A program made the translations under genes and the position numbers. 64,000 nucleotides of DNA from the NCBI RefSeq assembly GCF_009914755.1, contig NC_060927.1. One strand, given 5' to 3'. The DNA comes from the human T2T-CHM13v2.0 reference genome, Homo sapiens. The notes beneath the pieces were generated by a model. That model was not told where the DNA came from. It was given only the letters and a program-made list of their open reading frames with translations, and made no database searches. This document shows, in pieces, positions 55,640-64,000 of this stretch; position 1 is the stretch's first letter, and each line of letters starts with the position of its first letter.

Positions 55640-55869
55640 CTTTTTTATTTTTAAAAAATAAGAATTATGAGTATGAGACTAATACTTGTTAGTATGCATT
55701 TGGACACCGAAAAATACAGTGTGTTTCTGTCATACAACCTTCTTTCCCAGAACTTAATCAGGCATTATTGCTAAAAATAAAGCAAAAACACACTACACAA
55801 TAAATCAAGAACATCCACATTGGGATGTGTATCTTCCAGGCAATTAACAATACATATCTGTGTTTCAAA

Positions 55870-56478
55870 CTTTTCATTTTGAAATAATTATAGATTCACA
55901 AGAGTTGCGAAAAAAACTGCAGAGGTAGATCCCATGTATTCTTCACCCAGTTTCCACCAACATGAACATCTTGCTTAAAAACAGTACAATATCTAAACCA
56001 GGAAATTGACATTGGTACAGTCCACAGAGCTTATTTAGATTTCATCATTTTGCATATTTATTTGTATATGTGTAGTTTCTATGCAATTTTATCCGTGTGT
56101 AGATTTGTATAACTACTACCACACATGAAGAGTTCCATCACCACAAGGCTCCTTGACGCTATCCTTTTATAGGCACACCACCCACCACCATCTCTAATTC
56201 CTAGTAGCCACCAATCTGTTCTCCATCTTTATAATTTTGTTATATCAAGAAAATTTTATAAATGGAATTACATAGTATGTAACCTTCTGAGATGGGCTTT
56301 TTTCCCCCTGAGATCCATTCTAGTTGTTGCATCAATATTTTTTTTCTTTTTGTTGCTGCACAGTATTCCATGGTATGAATATACAACTATAACATTAACC
56401 TGTGGAGGAATACTTGAGTTGTTTCTAGTTTATGGCTGTTACCAAAGAAAAAATAAAACTACTATGAACATCTATGTT
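55870..56478 (-). mobile_element. L1MD-like 3' end
   Basis: ttttgaaataattatagattcaca, ccaggaaattgacattggtaca, aatggaatttacatagtatgtaacc. Confidence 0.8.
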
Positions 56479-56507
56479 AATATATATATGTACGTTACAT
56501 ATAGAGA

Positions 56508-56547
<40 letters not shown>
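56479..56547. repeat. (TA)n(CA)n microsatellite
   Basis: tatatatatatatacacacacacacacaca. Confidence 0.9.
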
Positions 56548-56548
<1 letters not shown>

Positions 56549-56769
56549 AAGTCTTACATGTAAATGCTGATATCAGATGCATTCATAATAGTAAAAAACT
56601 CAATACAAACCAAATATCCATCAACTAGATTACAGATGAACAGTAGTGGAATATCCACACCCATACAATAAAGTATTATTCAGCAATTAAAATGAACTAC
56701 TGATGCTTGCAATGCCATGGATGAATCTCAAAGCATTATATTAAATAGAGTTACAAATGAGTACCTACT

Positions 56770-59700
56770 TCCAGGATAGGCCATGTGCCATGTCATATGG
56801 TATAGTCTGGATATTTGTCCCTGCCCAAATCTCATGCTGAAATATAATCCTCAATCGTGGAGGTGGGACCTGGTGGAAAGTGATTGGATCATGAGGGCAG
56901 ATCCCTCATAGATGGGTTGGGCCATCCCCTTAGTGATATATGAGCTCTCGTTCTGAGTTTACATGAGATCTGGTCATTTAAAAGTGTGTGGCACCTCTCC
57001 ACTCCACACACACTCTCTCTCACTTTTGTTCCTGCCATATGAGATGCCTGCTCCCCCATCACCTTCCACCATGATTGTAAGATTCCTGAAGCCTCCCCAG
57101 AAGCAGCTGCTAGTTCTATGCTTCCTGTACAGCCTGCAGAACTAGAAGCCAATTAAACCTATTTTCTTATTAATTACCCAGTCTCAGGTATTTGTTTACA
57201 GGAATACGAGAATGGCCTAATACACCATACAACAAACCTAAATAAATGTTTTAAAATAAAAGTATCACAAAAATATTCTCCAACCACAATGAAATAAAAC
57301 TAGAGATTGATAGCAAGAAAAATCCCTAAATTTGTGAAAGTTAAATAACACACTCCCAAATAACCTGTGGAGCAAAAAAGAAATCAAAAAGGAAACCATA
57401 AGATATTTTGAAATAAATTAAAATGAAAATACTACATATCAACACTAGTAGAATGCTGCCAATAAAATGCTTAGAGGAAAATGCATAGTTATAAATTTCT
57501 ACATTAGGAAAGAAGATCTCAAATCAATAACCCAACCTTCCATTTTACGATACTGAAAAAAGAAGAGCAAGACAAACCTAAAGCAAGCAGAAGAAAGGAA
57601 ATAACAAAGATTAGGGTAGAAATACAGAATAGAAACGTAATAGAGAAGACCAATAAAAACAAACAAAAAAAAGTTTCTTTGACAAAGTCAACCAAATTGA
57701 CAAACCCTTAGTTAGATTGACCATTATAAAAAGAGAGGAGATTCGAATTGCCAGAATCAGAAATAAAAGATGAAACATTACCACAACCTTACAGAAATAT
57801 AAATGATTATAAAGGAATTCCATAAACAATTGTAAGCCAAAAATTGGAAAATTTAGATGAAATGGACAAATTTCTACAAAGACACAAACTATCAAAACTG
57901 GCTTGAAAAGAAGTAAGCCATTTTACTAGACCTGTAACAAGTAGGAAGGTTGAATTACTAATTAAAAGACTACCCACAAAGAAAAGACCAGACCCAGATT
58001 ATCTCACTGCTGACTTCTACCAAACATTCAAAGAAGAATGCCAATTCTTCGAAAACTCTTCCAAAAAATTGAAAAGGAGTGAACACCTTTCAAATTGCTT
58101 TATGAGGCCAGTTATTATCCTGATACCAAAAACAGACAAGACATCACAAGAAAAGAAAACTATAGACCAATATCTTTATAGACATGGATGCAAAATCTTT
58201 AACAAATTACCAGTGAACTGAACCCAGCAGTATATATATATTTATGATTTATATAAATTATATATCCAAATTAACTGAGGTTTATTCTAAGAATGCAAGG
58301 TTGGTTTAATATCAGAAAATCAATTAATATAATAGGATCAACGGAAGTTTTAAAAATTACACGATCATATCAGTAATGCAGAAAAAGCATTTGACACAAT
58401 CCAAAACCCTTTTATGATTAAAAAAAAAACACCCAAAAATCTAGGAATAGACATGAACTTCTTCAACCAGATAAAAGACATTTATAAAAAACCCACAACA
58501 AATCTATGCCTAATGGTACAAAACTAAATACTTCCTCCTAAGAGCAGGAACAAGACAAAGATATCCATTCTCACTTCTATTCAACATTATACTGAAGGGA
58601 CTAGTAAGGAAAATTAGGCAAAAAAGAAAGAAAGAGAGAGAGAAGGAAAGAGAGAGAAGGAAGGAAGGAAGGAAGGGAGGAAGGAAAGAAGGGAGGAAGG
58701 AAAGAAGGAAGGAAGGAAAAATTAAAAATAAAATGTATCTGGATTGGAAAGGAAGAAGTAAAGCAATCTATATTTGTAGAAGATATGATCTTGTATGTAG
58801 AAAATCCTAAGAAATCCATTAAAAAATATTAGATCTAATAAAAGAGTTCAGCAAGGTTGCAGGATACAAGACCATTACATAAAAATCAATGTATTTCTAT
58901 TCAATTGCAATGAACTAACTGAAAATAAAATTAAGAAAACAATTCCATTTACAATAACATTGAAAATATTTAGGAATAAATTTGAAAAAGCAGTGCAAAA
59001 CATATACTCTGAAAACTACAAAAATTGTTGAAAGAAATTAAATAAGATCAAATAGCTGAGAAAACATTCCATTTTAGATGGGAAGATGTAACATTGTTAA
59101 GATAGCAATACTTGCCAAACTAATCAACAGATTTATCTTACTTCTCATCAAAATCTCAGCTGACTTTGTAGAAATTGGCAAGCTTACTCTAAATTCATAT
59201 GGAATTGAACAGGAAAGAGAATAGCCAAAACAATCTTAAAAAAGAACAAAGTTGGAGGACACACTCCCAATTTCAATCCTTACTACAAATCAACAGTAAT
59301 GAGGACAGTGTGGTACTGGCATAAGGATAGACATGTAGATTTATGGAATAGAATTGAGAGTACAGAAATAAAGCCTACATTTCTAGTTAACTGTTTTTAG
59401 ACAATGATGTCAAGACTATTCAATATGGAAAGAATAGTCTTTAAAACAAATGGTGCTGAGACAACTGCGCCACTTCATGCAAAAGAATGAAATTAGACCC
59501 TATGCAAACTTTCCTTACACAAAATTAACTCAAAACAGATCAAAGCACTAAATGTAAGAGCTAAAATTATAAAATGCTCAGAGGAAAATATAGGTAAAAC
59601 TATCACCTGGATTTAGCAAAGGATTCGTATAAATGACACTACATGCATGTGCACCTCGTAGAAATGACACTAAAAGCATGAGCAACAAATAAAAAAATAG

Positions 59701-60753
59701 GTAAAATGACTTCATCAAAATTCAAAATTTGTTTCAAAGGATGCCATCAAGGAAGTGAAAAAAAATAATCCACAGAATGGGAGAAAAATTTTGAAAATCG
59801 TGTATCTCATTTGCATCTAGGAATTTGCATCTAATCTAATACAAGGAACTTGTATCTAGTATACAAAACAAACACTTACAATTCAATAAAAAATACTAAT
59901 AATTTTTAAATGGGCAAGGGATATGAACAGACATTTCTGTAAAAAAGATACAAATGGTCAGAAAGCATGTAAAAAGTTGCTCAACATCCTTAGTGATCAG
60001 AAAAATGCAAATCAAAACCGCAATGAGATAAAACCAAAGAAAATGAGTAGAATCAAAAAGTCAGATAATAATAGGTGTTAGCAAGAACGTGGAGAAATCA
60101 GAACCCTCATACACCACAGGTTGGAATGTAAAATGATGCCAATGCTTAGGAAAACAGCCTAGTAGTTTATCAAATAATTAAAAATAGAGTTACCCTATGA
60201 CCCAGAAATTCTACTTCATCTAGGAGAAACAAAAATATATGTCCATACTTTTACACAAATGTTCATGGTAATATATTCATAACAGCCAAAAGGTAGAAAC
60301 AGCTCAAATGTCTATCAACTGATGAATGTATTTAATATCAACCAAATGTACTATATATATATGTAATGGAATGTTATTCAGCCATAGAAAGGAATGAAGT
60401 GCTGACCCATGCTACAACATGAATGAGCCTTGAAAACATTATGCTAACTGAAAAAAAGACAGGCACAAAAGACAACATGTTATATGCTTCCATTCATATG
60501 AAATGTCCAGAACAGGAAAATCTATACAGAAAGTAGATTAGTGATTGCTCAGGACCGTGGGGATAGGGAGGTAGGGGAATGTTATCTAAAAGGTATGAGA
60601 TTTATTTTTGAGGTAATGAAAATGTTCTAAAATTGACTGAGGTGATTGTTGCACATATCACTGAATATACTAAAAACCATTGAATTGCACACTTTAAACG
60701 GTGAATTGTATAGTATGTGAATTATAGTTCAATGAAGCTGTTACAATTTTATT
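56770..60753 (+). mobile_element. 5'-truncated L1MB (MB7/8-like), ORF2 to 3' end
   Basis: Continuous ORF2 homology; TSD aaatgagtacctact / aaaagaatacctact; (GGAA)n at ~58620-58718. Confidence 0.92.
56798..57224 (+). mobile_element. MSTB-like solo LTR
   Basis: tggtatagtctggatatttgtccc...ggcctaataca; TSD tcata/ccata. Confidence 0.92.
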
Positions 60754-60851
60754 AAAAGAATACCTACTGTATGTTTCCATTTATACGAAATTCTAGAAGA
60801 GGCGATATTATAATGACAATAATTAAGTAGATCAGACATCATCATGGACCA

Positions 60852-61129
60852 TGTATTAGTCTAATTCTCATGGTGCTATTAAAGACGTATCCGAGACTCG
60901 GTAATTTATAAAGAAAAGAGGTTTAACTGAGTCACAGTCCCATATGGCTGGGGAGGCCTTACAATCACGGTGGAAGGCCAAGGAGAAGCAAATTCAGGTC
61001 TTACATGATGGCAGGCAAGAGAGTCTTCGCAGGGGAACTCCCATTTATAAAATCATCAGATCTCGTGAGACTTATTTACTGCCACGAGAACAGTATGGGG
61101 GAAACTGCCCCCATATCCAAACCACATCA
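60852..61129 (-). mobile_element. THE1B/C solo LTR with internal deletion
   Basis: tgtattagt...aaaccacatca; perfect TSD gacca/gacca. Confidence 0.92.
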
Positions 61130-61770
61130 GACCAGGACTGGGGAGAGGGATGGACTGCAGAAAGGCCCAAGAAGAATTTTCAAGTTTATGGAATTATTCT
61201 ACGTCATGATTCTGTGGTGGTCATGTTACAGTATACATTGTCAAAACATCATTTGTTCATTTAAAATTAAGGACTTTTAATATATTGAAATTATATCTCA
61301 AGGCTGATTTTCAAGATAAAAATTTATTTTCAATACCAAGTGATGTGAGATTTTGTTAGGTCATGAATTTTCTAGGCAAAATACCAATGCCAAGTGACAG
61401 CACAAATATTTTGATAGCCTTGGTAAACACTAAATACTTTACTATATCCAGTTTTTTTACAAAAGCAGATTTTTACACATCATTGCAAAGTATTCTTCCA
61501 TTAGGTGGTCAGACATTGACACATTTGGTCATAAATGGGTCCCAAAACACATATCTAGCTTTGAGATAAAGACCTTTAGTTATATGATAGAATCTATAAA
61601 GTGGAAATCATATATGGATACAAAGCAGTATTCTTCCCTAAATAGTTATTCAGAAAACAGAGTTTCTTCATATGCAAGTCTTTATATGTTTTCTCATTAC
61701 AGAGTACTTTCTCAAATACTTTATTTTGAACTTGTCAAAATTGAGTCTTTAAAAAAATAGAAATAAATTT

Positions 61771-61906
61771 AACACAGATTTGGTGTTTTTCCTGGAGAAA
61801 TGATCTCATTATGGCAAGATTGGATGTCATTGTAAACAAGTCTTTTAAAGAGCAATCCAGAAAGTGATTACACTGGGGAGATCCGGAATACAAACCTACA
61901 GGATAA
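61771..61906 (+). mobile_element. Decayed pogo/Tc2-type DDE transposase segment (Kanga/POGK-like)
   Basis: With two 1-nt gaps reads NTDLVFxPGEMISLWQxLDVIVNKSFKEQSRK*LHWGDPEYKPTG. Confidence 0.7.
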
Positions 61907-62349
61907 ATGGTGGACCTCATTTACTTGTATGCTCTAGTAAAATTAATATACCAAAGCTGAATGGGGTTGAATTTTAATAAGCTAATGTTTGGGGTCCATG
62001 TGCAATGATTCTGGTTGTTAATTGTTAGTAGGTGAATGCACAGTCATGTTCTCTGGGCCTAATCTACTGGTCTTGCTCTACCTTGGGAGAGAAGGGTCAA
62101 CCAGTCAAGGGATATGCTGAAACAAAATAGGAAGCTACATCTGTTATGGATCTGTTATGTCTTGAGACCAAGACATCTGCCCATCAGAGCTGTGGCCAAT
62201 TTCACCGTTAGTGGATGTGCAAGTTTCGCTAGGAACACACTGAAAAGTCAAAAACAGCCCATTAGTTTCCCAGAGAATGAATAACAAGCATAATGATAAT
62301 GCTCAATTTTAAAGGGGGTGGTTTCACATACCTCAAATATTTCCATGAC

Positions 62350-62720
62350 AGAGGCCAAATAGCATAATGTTTGAGAACATGGACTGTGAAACCAGACAGC
62401 ATGGCTTTGCATCTTGAATCTACCATTTATAAATCACTAACCTTTCTGTGCCTCAGTTTCCTCTTCTGCAAAACAAGGATATTAGTAACACTTAATATCT
62501 ACTGGGTTGATGCATGGGTTGAATAAGTTAGTAGATGTAAAGTGCTCAGAACAGTACCAAGCAGCATTTAAGTTTCATTTATCACTTGAGGTAGGATAGG
62601 CAAATGTCATTATCCCCTTTTCACAGATGGGAAAAAGGCTTAGAAAGTGTGAGTGAATCACACAGCCAACCAGTGGCTGAGTCCTAACCAAACTGTTCAA
62701 CTTCTGACTCTAGTGTTCTA
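62350..62720. mobile_element. Two MIR fragments (plus then minus)
   Basis: ctgtgcctcagtttcctcttctgcaaaa; cattatcccctttt cacagatggg. Confidence 0.75.
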
Positions 62721-62739
62721 CCCTGTCAGTCACACATCC

Positions 62740-63381
62740 TGATATGGTTTGGATCTGTGTGCCCACTCAAATTTCATGTTGAATTTTAATCCCCAGTGTT
62801 GGAGGTGGGGCCTGGTGGGAGGTGACTGGTTCATGGGGATGGTTTCTCATGGCTTAGCACCATCCCATTTTATACTGTCCTTGCAATGATGAGTGAATTC
62901 TTGTGAGATCTGGTTCTTTAAAAGTGTGTAGCACACAGAGAGGGGAACAACACACACCAGGGCCTGTTAGGGGGTAGGAAGTGAGAGAAGGGAACTTAAA
63001 GGATGGGTTAATAGGTGCAGAAAACCACCATGGTTAATAGGTTAACAGGTGCAGAAAACCACCTTATACCTGTGTAACAAACCTGCATGTTCTGCACATG
63101 TATCCTGTTTTTTTTTTTTTGTAGAAGAAATAAAAAAAATCACATTATGCACTGAAAAAAAGGGGGTAGCACCTCCCCCATCTTTCTCTTGCTTCTGCTC
63201 CTACCATATGGGACATCTCGTGCCCCCTTTTCCACCATGATTGGAAACTTCCTGAGGCCTCCCCAGAAGCAGAAGCTACTATTCCTCCTGTACAGCCTGC
63301 ATAACCATGAGCCACTCTTTTCTTTATAAATTACCCACTCCCAGTTATTTCTTTATAGCAGTGCAAGAATAGACTAATACA
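62740..63381 (+). mobile_element. MSTA solo LTR interrupted by an L1PA fragment
   Basis: tgatatggtttggatctgtg...gactaataca; perfect TSD catcc/catcc. Confidence 0.93.
62935..63157 (+). mobile_element. L1PA8A-like 3' end, 5'-truncated
   Basis: gaggggaacaacacacac...gcacatgtatcctgttttt..agaagaaataaa; TSD aaaagtgtgtagcac / aaaagggggtagcac. Confidence 0.88.
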
Positions 63382-63689
63382 CATCCTTAAATTCAGAAGC
63401 AAAGATGAGCCTGTCTCATTCAACGGTAAGAAAACCAATTAGCAAGGATCCATTCACTTTCTCACTGGGACACTTTAGAAACTGCAAAAACTTGCATAGG
63501 CCATTACATCAGTGCTTTTCAAAACGCCGTCAGAGGGTCACATATTCAGTTCAGTGGGTTGCAACTTTTAAAAAAAGTAAAACACAGTAGAATAGGAAAT
63601 ATAATGCATCAAAAATTGTAAGGGTAATTACTGTATTGTGATATGTTGGTTTAAATACATACATTCTGTACTCATGTGCACATATGCAT

Positions 63690-64000
63690 GTGATAGACAG
63701 TATTATTTCCCACAATTATTCACCCCCTGGGCCACCTGCCCTTCCTTGTTGGAGAATTATGCCAGTCATTGTACTCTGTTGCTAGCTCACTTGCAGGGTT
63801 CCTGTGACCGTGGTGTGCTTCCCCACCATATTGACATTTGAGACTCACTAGAGTCAATGGAGTGTAAGCATGTGACATATACCAAGCCTGAGCAGTAGTG
63901 TTTAGAGCAATTATATAGGTTGGCTCAGTGCTTTACTCTTTCCCTTCGCCAGAAGCTCATCTTAGGATGGGGTTGCTGCCTTACGCAGAGTTCTGGAATG
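63690..64000 (+). mobile_element. MLT1H/I-like LTR running off the window
   Basis: tgtgatagacag...ccccaccatattgac...caatggagtgtaagcatgtgac. Confidence 0.6.

Larger units (their letters stand above)
56548..61310 (+). mobile_element. L1ME 3' end hosting nested L1MB and THE1 insertions (pieces 56548-56769, 60754-60851, 61130-61310)
   Basis: catggatgaatctcaaagcattat; tactgtatgtttccatttatacgaaattctaga; tatacattgtcaaaac. Confidence 0.75.

Noticed and set aside
59627-59860. Short tandem duplications in L1MB (similar ones at 1383, 10437, 19757, 62139)
   Set aside because: Ordinary slippage duplications; no repeat-spacer array or CRISPR-like structure seen in the window.

Overview
Primate (AluY-bearing, probably human or ape) AT-rich genomic DNA with no intact protein-coding gene. 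It is dominated by interspersed repeats: 12 Alu/FLAM copies, a near full-length L1PB-class element, large nested L1M blocks, MaLR/ERVL solo LTRs, MIR, L2 and hAT/Tigger DNA transposon remnants. The longer ORFs in the supplied track mostly derive from these repeats. The main non-repeat signal is a candidate fossil (unitary pseudogene-like) gene on the + strand. Five segments (7546-7682, 8026-8159, 8292-8795, 9016-9383, 18429-~19190) have canonical splice sites. With a few inferred frameshifts they join into a decayed IQ-motif/coiled-coil protein resembling the LRRIQ3 family; that resemblance is judged from memory and needs tblastn. Other observations: a 48-bp templated insertion with tandem duplication (template-switch scar), a decayed pogo/Tc2 DDE transposase segment, a short L1 3' transduction, a perfect 14-bp hairpin, and a CpG-retaining enhancer-like block. 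Repeat subfamily names are by-eye calls, and boundaries without a target-site duplication (TSD) are approximate.
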